Below, in pieces: positions 40,429-50,733 of a stretch of DNA of 64,000 bases (positions are counted from its first letter, which is position 1; every line of letters starts with the position of its first letter). The notes under the pieces were generated by a model. That model was given only the letters and a program-made list of their open reading frames with translations, was not told the DNA's origin and did not search any database. The position numbers were made by a program, and so were the translations under genes. This DNA is from Promethearchaeota archaeon (GTDB lineage: Archaea; Asgardarchaeota; Lokiarchaeia; Sigyniarchaeales; SOKP01), in NCBI GenBank assembly GCA_030599585.1, contig JAUVNS010000016.1, forward strand, positions 1 through 64,000. The letters are read 5' to 3'.

Positions 40429-42606
40429 TTACAATCCTCCTTCGTTTTTTACGTGTAAATAGATGTTTTTAACTACAAAATACAACTCTTCTGAAAGATC
40501 GATCGTTATGGCTTGAAAATCGTTGTTTTTGCCCCAATCGTTAATTTTTCTCTTCAGAAGCTTTTCTTCTGATTCGAACTGTTCTTCGAAGTCTACGAAG
40601 TCGAACAGCGACGCTATGAGTTTATACTTTGTACTGAGCAGAGCGTATTTTTTTAGGGTTGCGATTCTGTCAAACGTTCGGGGGTCTATTATTTGGACTA
40701 ACGCTTTATCAAATAAGGTTAAATCGAGTATAGACTTTACTGTTGTAAAAGGTATTCCGTCTTTCTGAAACTTTTTTCGCAGACCAAATTTTACGGGAAA
40801 GGAAACGTTAATTTTTACTTCTGGTTGGCTGCTAACCGGTTTACTTGGCAATTCTTGGGAAAAGGAATGTAAACTCGATTGCACTTCCTTTTTGTTTGCG
40901 TTCTTACTAAACTTGGGAGGTTGTGCTGGTTTATTGGTATCCGATGTGCTTACAGGCTGCGGCTCTTCAATAGTATCAATCGAAATATCGGAATAGGCGG
41001 TCTGAAGTTGTTTTTCTCCTTTTAAGTTCACGTTCATTTTTTTAAGCTTCGTTAAAGCTATGTGCATGTAAACTTCGTCGTGTGTGCCCTTACAATAAAG
41101 GATAATTACTTTACCCTCTCGATGACGAGCGGTCCTTCCTTTTCTTTGGATAAACCGTATTTCCGAAGCTACTACGTCGTAAAACACTACAAGGTCGCAC
41201 TCTGCAATGTCTAACCCTTCCTCACCAACGTTAGTGCTAACCAAAATGTTATACTCGCCTTTCTTAAACATTTCTAATACTTCTAACTGCCTTTTCTGCG
41301 ACATTCCTTTGTCGTTTTTAGATTTAGTCGCTTGCCCTACGAATCGAGTTGGTTTAAAAACTAGACTACCGCTCGTTTCTAGCTTGATCGTTATATTTTT
41401 TACCGAATCTCGCAACTTCACGAACACTAGCACCCTCGAACTCGGGTTATTTTCAAATTCTTGGGCTAGTAAAGATTCGAGCGCGTAATATTTGGGATGG
41501 ACCAGATTCTCAGAAGAATATTCTTCGTTTTTTTTCAACTCGATAAATATCTGATTGAGCCTGTGATCGCTCACCAAAATTTTTAAGGCTTTGGAGCTGT
41601 TTTTCTTTCTAGCCTTGGCTTTCATCTTAGTTAAATAAATTAAAAGCACATCTAAGCCTTGTTGTTCTATTAATTCTAACATGTGATACAAAATCAAACC
41701 TTGTGCGTTTACCGATAGGGCGCTATAAGCCCCGGTTTTGTCTCCATCTCCTTTGATTATCCTCGTCAACTCGCTATTTAGCGTTAACAAATCTTTTCTA
41801 ATAATTTTAGCGTATAGCTTATCTGACTTCGTATTTATGAAACTAAGCTGAGAAAGGTATTGCAACCGCTCCTCCAAAAGAGATTGAACGGCGTAGTAAG
41901 TTTGGCCCATCAATTCGGTTAAATTAACCCCGATTTTGTAAATATCCATTGGTTTTAAATACGATTTCACGTCCAAGTCTTTTCGGGTGCGGGTGTGAAT
42001 GTTTTCTTTAGGAACGTAGAGGTTTTCGCAAAGTATCCGTATTTTTTCTTTCGAAGCGCCGGGACTTGCGGTTAACCCTAAGATCGCACCATCGGGATTT
42101 TGGTATTGGAATTCGTCGGCAATAAATGTGTAAGCGTAATCTCCTGTGGCGTGGTGAGCTTCGTCAAAAATAATTAAGCACGTATCCTTCAAAGAATATC
42201 TAAGATTTACTAAGTCGTTTCTTAGCGTTTGGGGGGTGTAAAAAATAATCTGGTTTTTTTCAAATAATACTGCTCTTTTCTCGGAGTTTATTTTTCCGGT
42301 TAAAACCACGAATAACTCCTCAGAAATCGTCATTAAATTTCTAAACGAGTCGTAATGTTGGTTAATTAAAGGTCTTGTTGGTGCTAAAACGAGTATTTTG
42401 CTCTTAGGAGGAAAGTTTTCTAGGGTGAGCGCTGCCACAAAAACCCCAATAATCGTTTTTCCAAGACCTGTAGGGAGGACTACTAGCGAGTTTTTGGACG
42501 CGCACTTTTTTGCTATATCGAGTTGATATTTTCTGCTTTCGATGTTATCTTGGCGTAAGTAAGAAGTAGTAATACCTTCTAGCTTGCTTTTCTCGGGTTC
42601 AATCAC
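40429..42606 (-). CDS. hef: Hef/FANCM/Mph1-like DEAH helicase with degenerate ERCC4 nuclease region
   Basis: RKYQ, LPTGLGKT, DEAHH, GLTASPG, HPK, RFVGQA, EEGLDI, QRKGRTAR; no ERKxxxD and no C-terminal HhH. Confidence 0.9.
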   Translation of the reverse strand: MIEPEKSKLEGITTSYLRQDNIESRKYQLDIAKKCASKNSLVVLPTGLGKTIIGVFVAALTLENFPPKSKILVLAPTRPLINQHYDSFRNLMTISEELFVVLTGKINSEKRAVLFEKNQIIFYTPQTLRNDLVNLRYSLKDTCLIIFDEAHHATGDYAYTFIADEFQYQNPDGAILGLTASPGASKEKIRILCENLYVPKENIHTRTRKDLDVKSYLKPMDIYKIGVNLTELMGQTYYAVQSLLEERLQYLSQLSFINTKSDKLYAKIIRKDLLTLNSELTRIIKGDGDKTGAYSALSVNAQGLILYHMLELIEQQGLDVLLIYLTKMKAKARKKNSSKALKILVSDHRLNQIFIELKKNEEYSSENLVHPKYYALESLLAQEFENNPSSRVLVFVKLRDSVKNITIKLETSGSLVFKPTRFVGQATKSKNDKGMSQKRQLEVLEMFKKGEYNILVSTNVGEEGLDIAECDLVVFYDVVASEIRFIQRKGRTARHREGKVIILYCKGTHDEVYMHIALTKLKKMNVNLKGEKQLQTAYSDISIDTIEEPQPVSTSDTNKPAQPPKFSKNANKKEVQSSLHSFSQELPSKPVSSQPEVKINVSFPVKFGLRKKFQKDGIPFTTVKSILDLTLFDKALVQIIDPRTFDRIATLKKYALLSTKYKLIASLFDFVDFEEQFESEEKLLKRKINDWGKNNDFQAITIDLSEELYFVVKNIYLHVKNEGGL

Positions 42607-42621
42607 GCTTATCTCCTCCTA

Positions 42622-43197
42622 TCAAACGATTTGTATTGAGTAATCCCCTATTTCTAATTTCGATAAAGTTTTTTTGCTTCGTTTGTATGACTGGATGAGT
42701 TTACCCGCCTCGACCGCTAATTTCGAAGGGTAAATCAGTCCGTTCCCTCTATGTTCAAATAAACAAGGGAGCGCTCGGTTAAGGAGTTTAACTTTCTTTG
42801 AAAGTTCCGTTCCATTTCTTTTTACGTCAAATCCCTTACCAATCTTTATGTGGTGAAAATAATACACTATATCGTTTAATAGATCGGCTTGTTCTTTATT
42901 AATTTCGATTTCTTTTAGCTCCAAAGCGTCAAAATTTCTAATTTCTGTTTTTGGCTTTAAAGTGAGATACGAGCTTCCGTTTTTCCACTTCTTTACGAGA
43001 ACATATCCTTCAAACATCGAGCTAAATAGTTTTTGAAACCGAAACACCAACTCTAACACCTCTTCCAAGTCTCGTTCGGATACGTTGAGGTAGGTAGCTA
43101 GCTTTTCGAGGCTAAAAAGACTATTCTTTCTAGTTTGAAATTGTTCTAACGCCAAAATAATTTTGTGTAATTGATTAATTTTATCGCTTTGAGCCAT
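42622..43197 (-). CDS. Putative HTH/winged-helix protein leading the hef operon (probable start 43197)
   Basis: FSLEKLATYLNVSERDLEEVL; minus-strand TTTTCCTTTTTATT at 43220-43233 places a leaderless start at ATG 43197. Confidence 0.7.
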   Translation of the reverse strand: MAQSDKINQLHKIILALEQFQTRKNSLFSLEKLATYLNVSERDLEEVLELVFRFQKLFSSMFEGYVLVKKWKNGSSYLTLKPKTEIRNFDALELKEIEINKEQADLLNDIVYYFHHIKIGKGFDVKRNGTELSKKVKLLNRALPCLFEHRGNGLIYPSKLAVEAGKLIQSYKRSKKTLSKLEIGDYSIQIV

Positions 43198-43277
43198 TAC
43201 AAGGTACATTTGTCGTAAGAATAAAAAGGAAAAATTGTGAAATGGATAAAAAAATAAAAAAAAAAAGAAAATATGAT

Positions 43278-46250
43278 TTAATTTTTAGAATTTCGCTTAT
43301 TTTTAAATATCTTAGTCCGAATTGTTTTAGAAGAACCAAGCATTGAGGTAGTAGCGACGCCCAACAGTCCAAACGCTAAGGGAGGCGTAAAGACCGCGTC
43401 TCCTTGGTATAATTCAGTTGAATCGGGGTCTGGATCTGGATCGGGGTCTGGATCTGGATTTGGGTTGGAATTAGGATCGACGTAATCGAAAGTTGCGTTG
43501 CAGACGAATTGGGAGTCCCCCAAGTAAGGATCGTTGAGAATAAATTCAAAATAATAGTTTCCGTAATAGGTGGGCGAGTAATCGAAAGTAAACGTCGAAC
43601 TTTCTAAGGAATGAGAGGAAAGCAAGTCAATTACGTCGACATAATCTCCATCGCGGTATACTTTTGCGTACATCAAGCCATCAAAGATCGGTTCGTCTCC
43701 TGAGATAAAAGCGTGGCGTCCATAGATATTTGCTTGGATGCGAGATTCGGTCTTTACTATCGAATACGAAAAGAAAGAATCAAATTCAGTAATAAAAGAG
43801 AACGGGAGACTCGCTTTTTTTATCGCTCCGTCGTACACGCATAAATCTCCTTCAACAACAGGATAATTACCGGTATCAATAGACACGTATACCATTTTCT
43901 GGTAAGTATAGTTGCCTAATTGGTCCAGTAGTATAGTTCCTAACTGTGTCGACTCGATTTTAACCGTAGTATATTGTCCAAAATCCGAAAGTACGAGGTT
44001 TACCAATTCGACGGAAAACAAGTTGTTGCTTCCTAAGCCAACCGCGTCGTAATAGGAAGCGCTCAATCGAACGGTGTCAGTTTTTGCTATTTCGCATAAC
44101 CACATAAACACATCGTGGTCCAAATCCTTTCTTTCAACGGTAACGTAAAATTCGTTGTAAGTATCAGAAAAGATGTTTTGAACGAGTAGGTGCGTTTGTT
44201 CTACGTCGAATTGAATATCTAGGGATAACAATTCCGAAATTTTGTAGCTGTAATAGAGATTTTTTGCGTTCGAATAGTTAAGGTGGTTTACAACGAAATT
44301 ACTAATTTTATTAGAGTCCAGATTATATTGTTCAGTCGAATCTAAAATAAATATAGTGTAGTACAAATTCTCTAAGATTAATTCTACGTTGTCAGAATAT
44401 TTAGCATCAAAAAATATCTCGGTTGGAGTTTCCACCAGATTTCTCGTAATATATGTCCCGAGCGCGGTTTTATCGAACCCTAAATCGGCGAAATATTGAC
44501 CTGTTATATTCCCTAGTCCAAAAAATTGACTGATAATTTCCATTGTTTGTATGGCGTAATAAGAATTCATTAGGTACACTAGGTCGTTTTTCCATTCGGA
44601 AGAAGAGTTAATATAAATGTTGATTAAAAACCCTCCAAAGTTATCTGCGTAGTTCGGATCGAGGAATTGAGAGTCGATAACGTCTTGTAAAACAGGATGT
44701 AAATCGTAAAGTGAGGCAAAGTCGTTTAATTTAAAAATTTTTTTCAACGAGTCAAGCATTTTGAAAATATTTTGGTGGGCGCTTATAGAATTGATTTCTT
44801 CTACGAATTCGTGGTGTCCAGCGGTGTCGTAATCGAAGGGATTCGAACGAAAACTTACCTTGTTTAGATTCATGCTGGTGCATGCGAAAAAATCGTAATT
44901 ACCACCACGATCTACCACAGTGCCTACGAGTAAGTCGTATATCGATTGAATGTTAAGTTCTCCAATTTTCCCGAAGTATTCGTAAGACTTCACTAGGTTA
45001 TAGAGCAAATCTACAGAAGCGTAATCCTCTGAAAGTAAAGAATATCCGCGTTCTTGAGCAAATAAGGTTATAAACAAAGAAATCTCGTCCTTATCACCTA
45101 ATGACAATTCAAATAGATCTCCCGTATTAGAAAGCGACCTTACAATTTGGAACGTATCGATAAGCTCGTGATATTTCACCGAAGTCGAAGCTTCCCAACC
45201 ACCGCGATAGTTTCGATTGTTAAGGATAAACGACACTACATCGCTTCTCGCAAAAGAAGTAAACCCCGTAATATCCGATAGTTCTAAATTAATCGCAGTA
45301 GCAACTATATTGGAATAATTGACCACCCACACAAAGTCGGAAAGATCAAAGTAAGCTCCTTCGGAATGATATAACGCTGTAAGGTGCGCGTGAAACTTGG
45401 TTTTATCTATGATATCTATATAACTACTTCCGAAAATTTCTAGGGTTTTTAAGCAATAGTAGGAAGCAAATTGGTTCGGTTCTGGCTCCAATAACGAGTC
45501 AAACATGACCTCGTTATCGTTATAAAAGCCTGAAGAAGAACTCAACGATTGCAAACTATCAATGTAGGAGGCTATATCGCTCCTTTCTTGGGAGTGTGCG
45601 TTCCAGTCAACGCCTAAAACGTCTAACGTAAGAACAGCGTAATAGGTGTTATCTGCAGTAGGGACTTTAAATCCTTCTTCTAACGAGGGATCGTAAGGTT
45701 GACCTATAAATCCATATAAATTTGGGTGATAACTATCCCAAATAAAATCAATCATATCGGCTATATCTATCGAATTAACAGTATTTAAAAGTTCCAACGA
45801 AAGAACTGCGTAGCAATTGACTTGTAAAAGCGTGGACAGAGGGTAATACCTACCCGGTATTTTTGAAGCGAAGTATCTATCAGAATTTTTATCCGAAAAA
45901 ATATGAGTGCCGGAGTCGTAAAACGATAAAATATAATCGGTTACAGCTTGTTGGTCAATATCCCCTAACTTTCCGATAGCGTCTAGGACATAAAGAGCGT
46001 AATAAGTCGCTTGAAGAGAATCCGAGTAAATCTGGAGGTAATAGCCGTAAGTTGCGTAATCGGCGTTTTTTGCGTCAAAAACTGATTGCAATATTTCGAG
46101 GTTCGAGACGTCAGATGTTGCCAACAAGTCAAAATTTTCGTTTTGTTTTTCACCAGGATTCGCGACAGATTTTATGCTTATTGTAGAAACATAAGCTAAA
46201 ACCACAATTAACACAACGCTAACTAAAACTAGATGTTTTTTCCATTTCAT
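43278..46250 (-). CDS. Cell-surface protein with prenyltransferase/squalene-cyclase-like repeats, Pro-Asp linker and C-terminal TM
   Basis: Signal peptide; repeats TYYALYVLDAIG, TYYAVLTLDVLG, SYYCLKTLEIFG, GGF, SYYAIQTME; (PD)n; TM plus basic tail. Confidence 0.85.
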   Translation of the reverse strand: MKWKKHLVLVSVVLIVVLAYVSTISIKSVANPGEKQNENFDLLATSDVSNLEILQSVFDAKNADYATYGYYLQIYSDSLQATYYALYVLDAIGKLGDIDQQAVTDYILSFYDSGTHIFSDKNSDRYFASKIPGRYYPLSTLLQVNCYAVLSLELLNTVNSIDIADMIDFIWDSYHPNLYGFIGQPYDPSLEEGFKVPTADNTYYAVLTLDVLGVDWNAHSQERSDIASYIDSLQSLSSSSGFYNDNEVMFDSLLEPEPNQFASYYCLKTLEIFGSSYIDIIDKTKFHAHLTALYHSEGAYFDLSDFVWVVNYSNIVATAINLELSDITGFTSFARSDVVSFILNNRNYRGGWEASTSVKYHELIDTFQIVRSLSNTGDLFELSLGDKDEISLFITLFAQERGYSLLSEDYASVDLLYNLVKSYEYFGKIGELNIQSIYDLLVGTVVDRGGNYDFFACTSMNLNKVSFRSNPFDYDTAGHHEFVEEINSISAHQNIFKMLDSLKKIFKLNDFASLYDLHPVLQDVIDSQFLDPNYADNFGGFLINIYINSSSEWKNDLVYLMNSYYAIQTMEIISQFFGLGNITGQYFADLGFDKTALGTYITRNLVETPTEIFFDAKYSDNVELILENLYYTIFILDSTEQYNLDSNKISNFVVNHLNYSNAKNLYYSYKISELLSLDIQFDVEQTHLLVQNIFSDTYNEFYVTVERKDLDHDVFMWLCEIAKTDTVRLSASYYDAVGLGSNNLFSVELVNLVLSDFGQYTTVKIESTQLGTILLDQLGNYTYQKMVYVSIDTGNYPVVEGDLCVYDGAIKKASLPFSFITEFDSFFSYSIVKTESRIQANIYGRHAFISGDEPIFDGLMYAKVYRDGDYVDVIDLLSSHSLESSTFTFDYSPTYYGNYYFEFILNDPYLGDSQFVCNATFDYVDPNSNPNPDPDPDPDPDPDSTELYQGDAVFTPPLAFGLLGVATTSMLGSSKTIRTKIFKNKRNSKN

Positions 46251-46438
46251 TATACTTCACGTAAAGTTTGTTACAAAAGCTTTGAAATACCCTTATACCG
46301 AGCGTTTATAAATAAAAAAGTGTAAAAAAATTTCGAAATCATAAAAGTAAAAATAGAAGGAGCACCATCAATTATATTATATTGAAACACCCTCACAATA
46401 AATTCTTTAGTAGCAAAAACCTGAAAATTGTATAAATT

Positions 46439-47716
46439 ATGACGGCACCAGTATTGACTACGGAAGCTGTAATGGAAGCTTTATCGAACAATTGGCAGCC
46501 AATAACAGCGTTAATATTTAAAATGCAAATAAAAGAAATGATGGACGCTCGTTTTTTACAAATTAAATTAAAGGATTTAGAGCGCAAAGAGTTAATTTTA
46601 GTTGAAACAAAATTGGGTAAAAAGCATTTCAGATTAAACGAATCAGTCGATATGGTTGTTGACGTTGAAGAAGATTTCGATATTGACACTATAAATTCGG
46701 ACGAACCAGACGTTTCCTACTCTCAAGGCGATTATCCCCGCTCTCAAGATAACATTGATTTTATTAATTCAGAAGTGAAAAATTTGCTTGAAAAAATTGG
46801 TAACATGGAAACCTTAGACGAAGATACATTGATAGATGTAGCTTTTAACATAATGGGTCTTAGCGATTTAGGAGACAAGTATCACAAACACGGTGATAAC
46901 CAGTTAGCGATGGGTTTTTACGAGAGTGCTCTTAAATTAGACGCCGCTTCTGGAGAAGATAAGAATTTCAGAAAATTTCTTTTTAAAGATATTGGTAATT
47001 TATTTTTCGAGGAAGGCAATCACCAAGAAGCTATAAAATATTACGAAAACGCTATTGGGTTGTCAATATTGGAAGAAGTTTCTCCTTTTAATCGAGAAAT
47101 TTTGTTCAATCTTGGAACATCGTATAGTAATATTAACCAGCCAGAGAAAGCTATTCTTTACTTTGAAAAATTAGCTGAACACGATCCTGAACTTGATATA
47201 CTTTGGAGCGCGTTAGGTCTAGCATATAGCGCTAATAAAGAATACGATAAAGCTGCCGATTGTTTTAAAATTGCACTTAAATTTAATCCTTCAGATGAGG
47301 ATATTATAGATAAACTAAATTTCGTTGTAGAACAAAAGAAAAAAAGCGAACAATTTGCTTTAGAAGATTTAGAAAATTCTCCTCAAGAACTTCAAGACGA
47401 AACTATACTCTCGTTATTGAAAAAACTAAACGATAAGTTTGGCGAATTAATTAAAATTAATGAATTTTCGACTACAATTCACATTAAATCGTACATAAAC
47501 GACCTAATTAAACCCTTTTTTGAAAAACCAAGCGACAGAAAGATTAAAAAACTTAAAAAATCTATTGAACAACACATAGAAGGTTGGCCCGAAGATAAGC
47601 GAGAAGAATTTTTCAACGAATATTTCAGGACCATAAAGCGATACGAAGAACTCCAACCGTCAAAATGGAAAAAGTATGGGTCAGCGCTCCTTAAATTAAT
47701 TCCCATTCTAAGTTAG
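46439..47716 (+). CDS. TPR protein with winged-helix-like N-terminus and a C-terminal domain shared with 18272..18916
   Basis: About four TPRs (IGNLFFEEGNHQEAIKYYENA, LGLAYSANKEYDKAADCFKIALKFNP). Confidence 0.85.
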   Translation: MTAPVLTTEAVMEALSNNWQPITALIFKMQIKEMMDARFLQIKLKDLERKELILVETKLGKKHFRLNESVDMVVDVEEDFDIDTINSDEPDVSYSQGDYPRSQDNIDFINSEVKNLLEKIGNMETLDEDTLIDVAFNIMGLSDLGDKYHKHGDNQLAMGFYESALKLDAASGEDKNFRKFLFKDIGNLFFEEGNHQEAIKYYENAIGLSILEEVSPFNREILFNLGTSYSNINQPEKAILYFEKLAEHDPELDILWSALGLAYSANKEYDKAADCFKIALKFNPSDEDIIDKLNFVVEQKKKSEQFALEDLENSPQELQDETILSLLKKLNDKFGELIKINEFSTTIHIKSYINDLIKPFFEKPSDRKIKKLKKSIEQHIEGWPEDKREEFFNEYFRTIKRYEELQPSKWKKYGSALLKLIPILS

Positions 47717-47809
47717 TTAATGAAAAACATAAGTCTTAGAAAGCGAAAAAAAAAGAAAAGAAAAGAAAAAAAAAAAAGGAATTTAACTCGTTATATTTTC
47801 AGCCCACCG

Positions 47810-49084
47810 TCAACAAACCGATGGTGGACCGGTTGGGTTGTGATATCTCCATAGTTCGACTTTCACGCCCTCCTCATCCATATTACCTTTTTTGTTAGAT
47901 AAAGAAACGTCTTGAAAGTTCGTTGAATTATCGTTATTTTGATTTTTGGCAACTGAGGCTACTAAATATCCACTTACGTCTTTTACAACGAGGTAATATT
48001 CTTCGCTCTCGTTTAAGTTGTTAAACACTTGACTTGCGTCCCCTAAGATTATTTGAACTATGTCGTCGCACTGTTCCTCGCCTTCCGAAATCTCGCCAAG
48101 GTCTGTAAACGCAGGATCGAGCACGCCTAATTTGTTCATAACTCTTTTTAATAAATCAGCCGATTTTACGAGACTTACAAAACCCGGAACGTTAAGCCTT
48201 TGGATAACCCTTTTCTCGACTTGCCTGTGAATCGTTGACATTTTAACGCCTAAACGCTCGCAGATTGCGCTAACGCTCACTTCTTTTTTCTGAGAGCAGA
48301 GAAGCGTAATTGAAGTCACTAAACCCACTACCACGTCGTCCTTAGTATTTTTTATAACATCGTAAAACCTGTCAAGTATTCGTTTCGATTGGTAGTAGAA
48401 CGACATCCCCAAATTGAAGTGCTCGCTGACCTCTAAAATTCTTTCTTTTATGTATTGCTTGCGATCCCGCTCTTGATATTCGGGCCAAATGCGTATAATC
48501 GAAAATTTAAACGAGTTAAAATCGTTCTTGGAAACCTTGGACACCCCCAAAAGTTCTTTCTCGCTGATCGGTTTACCGTTCTCTTTGTAGTACGCGTAAA
48601 TAACGCAAGGCACAAGCATTTCAGCGCTTCTATATTTCGTTCCTTTTTCTAAACTCGCTCGAAATTGCTTGACCTTGCGAACAATTACCTCTACATCGCC
48701 TGAGGAGAAACCTAACGCGGTTAAAATTCGTTTTGCTTCTACTTTTACCGCAATATTAAAAGTTTCTTCGGTAGGTCGGGAAGCGTCTATCTTGCTTAAC
48801 CCTTCTAATTTAGCGGAACGTTGCATTCTTCTTCTTTCAGACCTAAATCCGATTTGGGTTTTTCCTAATACGGCGTACTGAACGATGTCTGCGTCGTACG
48901 GTCGGTGATATTCTAATTTTTGTATTTCTAATACTATTCCACACGCTCGACAAGTGTAACCTTCCCGGGTTTCTATCACGTCGGTAGAATTACACACGTC
49001 GCATTGATATTGCGACTCGAGACCTGAGACAATTTTTAACGATTTTATTTTATCAGCACTATGAGGCGTTGCCATTTTTTTCAA
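47810..49084 (-). CDS. Divergent transcription initiation factor IIB (TFB) paralog
   Basis: Zinc ribbon CDVC...TCRACGIVL; cyclin repeats (KGTKYRSAEMLVPCVIYAY); C-terminal HTH VSAICERLGVKMSTIHRQV; start could be ATG 49075. Confidence 0.85.
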   Translation of the reverse strand: MKKMATPHSADKIKSLKIVSGLESQYQCDVCNSTDVIETREGYTCRACGIVLEIQKLEYHRPYDADIVQYAVLGKTQIGFRSERRRMQRSAKLEGLSKIDASRPTEETFNIAVKVEAKRILTALGFSSGDVEVIVRKVKQFRASLEKGTKYRSAEMLVPCVIYAYYKENGKPISEKELLGVSKVSKNDFNSFKFSIIRIWPEYQERDRKQYIKERILEVSEHFNLGMSFYYQSKRILDRFYDVIKNTKDDVVVGLVTSITLLCSQKKEVSVSAICERLGVKMSTIHRQVEKRVIQRLNVPGFVSLVKSADLLKRVMNKLGVLDPAFTDLGEISEGEEQCDDIVQIILGDASQVFNNLNESEEYYLVVKDVSGYLVASVAKNQNNDNSTNFQDVSLSNKKGNMDEEGVKVELWRYHNPTGPPSVC

Positions 49085-49165
49085 CTCAGTTTTTTTATTG
49101 TAATCTATTTTTCTTTGATCGATATTTTCTTCCTTTTACTAAGAAAACTAAAATGGGGTGAGGCC

Positions 49166-49181
49166 TTTTTAAACCTTTCGG
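49166..49181 (-). promoter_or_regulatory. Canonical BRE-TATA promoter of the TFB paralog
   Basis: Minus strand CCGAAAGG-TTTAAAAA. Confidence 0.75.
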
Positions 49182-49615
49182 TTGCTAAAAAAATTTCACA
49201 AAAGGTGGAGTTTATAAACATAAAATGAAATTTTTACAAAACTATAAGATACTAAACATTGTTCACTACAGATTTGTAAAAAAAAATTGTGACGTGATCG
49301 CCTCCACGATCTGAATCCGAGAGAAGCTCGGTTGGACTGAGTCAGTCAAAATAAGGGTAAGTTTCTCAACCGAATTTTTCTTAAAATCAATATTTTTCTT
49401 GTTTGGTTATGCGATAAAAAGATACACTTTTTGATCAAAGTTCGTTTGTGAAACTTTTTTACTTTTTATTGCACTTTGATCTCTTTTTTTGAAATGATCT
49501 TTTTAAATCCCACGGATTTTTCCAAAAAATTTTTTACAATTTTTTTTCCTCCTGAAATTTTTTTTTAGATTAATTTTTTCTTTATATGCTTCCTTTGCGT
49601 GACCTAATTATAATC

Positions 49616-50380
49616 ATGATAATGTTATATATTTGGTTTTTCGCCTTGTTAGCTGCCTCCAGCGCAATTCGAGCCCTCTACGGGTTAGCACATACGCCCG
49701 GATACAAGTTGTTTTTTAACTTGATAGCCTTTGTTGGAGTGTTCGTTCACGAAGTAGCGCACTATATTGTGTCGCTCATTGTAGGTGGGAATCCCGGTAA
49801 AATTCGGGTGAAATATCGAAGTGAGGATAAAACGAGAATATCCCCTCACGGATCGGTCGGCAATCCGGAATTCAAAAGGCAATCGGTCCTACAAGCGTTC
49901 AGTATAAGTTTTGCCCCTCTTTTGGTGTCCACTTTACTGTTTATGTTTTGCTTAGACGTCGTCTTTCACATCCAAACCGATCTATGGGTAAAAGTAGTTG
50001 CTGTAGTTTTTGGCGTATCGTTAGTGTTTGGCTTAAAACCTTCGGGACAAGACGCGAAAATAGTCGGCTACGCGTATCAAAACGACCCTCGTTATTCGAT
50101 GTATCAGATATTTCTCCTAGTATTATCGGGAGTGATTATTTGGTTATTTGTAGATTTATATTTTATCATGCTACCGTTTGAGGTAATGTATTACGCCGAA
50201 TATATATTAATTCTAGTCGTATTTTACTTCGGACTAAAAGGTTTGTTTTGGTTAGCAGGTAGAATTATAGGTAGCGTAGCTAAAAAATTGGGAAAAGCTC
50301 AAGTATCGAGCCCTAAATTCCTTACCCGAAGAAGAAGGTTTAAATACGTAAAAGACCCTAACGAAAGAGAGGTGCAATAA
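49616..50380 (+). CDS. M50-like membrane zinc metalloprotease (probable start 49616)
   Basis: GVFVHEVAH, SFAPL, PSGQD; multiple TMs; TTTTCTTTATAT at 49576-49587 overlaps the ORF-track start. Confidence 0.8.
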   Translation: MIMLYIWFFALLAASSAIRALYGLAHTPGYKLFFNLIAFVGVFVHEVAHYIVSLIVGGNPGKIRVKYRSEDKTRISPHGSVGNPEFKRQSVLQAFSISFAPLLVSTLLFMFCLDVVFHIQTDLWVKVVAVVFGVSLVFGLKPSGQDAKIVGYAYQNDPRYSMYQIFLLVLSGVIIWLFVDLYFIMLPFEVMYYAEYILILVVFYFGLKGLFWLAGRIIGSVAKKLGKAQVSSPKFLTRRRRFKYVKDPNEREVQ

Positions 50381-50386
50381 TAAAAT

Positions 50387-50731
50387 ATGAAAGGATTTTG
50401 TTTAATCGCGATAATAGTCACAATGCTGATGTTTTACCAGAGAGAACCTATCTACACGGTAATTATAATCGGTATCGGTTTAGTATTGTATATCGTTTAC
50501 AAAGCAAGGAAAGGGGGTAACGGAATGATCGGAGCTTTTTTCAGTGGGAATCAATCGCGTCAAGACAACAGGTTGGACGATTTAATTGCTCTGATGATGC
50601 TCCAACAACTCTCTTCGACCAACTCTCAGAGCATGGGGGCGTCTGAGCAAATTTCCGAACAAGCTCGAAAACGACGGGAAGCAATCGAAAAGACGCAAAA
50701 AGAAACCTTAGATTTACTGGGCGGTGACTGA
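50387..50731 (+). CDS. Small two-TM protein with charged C-terminal helix
   Basis: Operonic spacing of 6 nt; GAGGTG RBS. Confidence 0.75.
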   Translation: MKGFCLIAIIVTMLMFYQREPIYTVIIIGIGLVLYIVYKARKGGNGMIGAFFSGNQSRQDNRLDDLIALMMLQQLSSTNSQSMGASEQISEQARKRREAIEKTQKETLDLLGGD

Positions 50732-50733
50732 AA

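Noticed and set aside
43421-43480. GGATCT/GGGTCT tandem repeats
   Set aside because: They encode the Pro-Asp/Pro-Asn linker of a surface protein.
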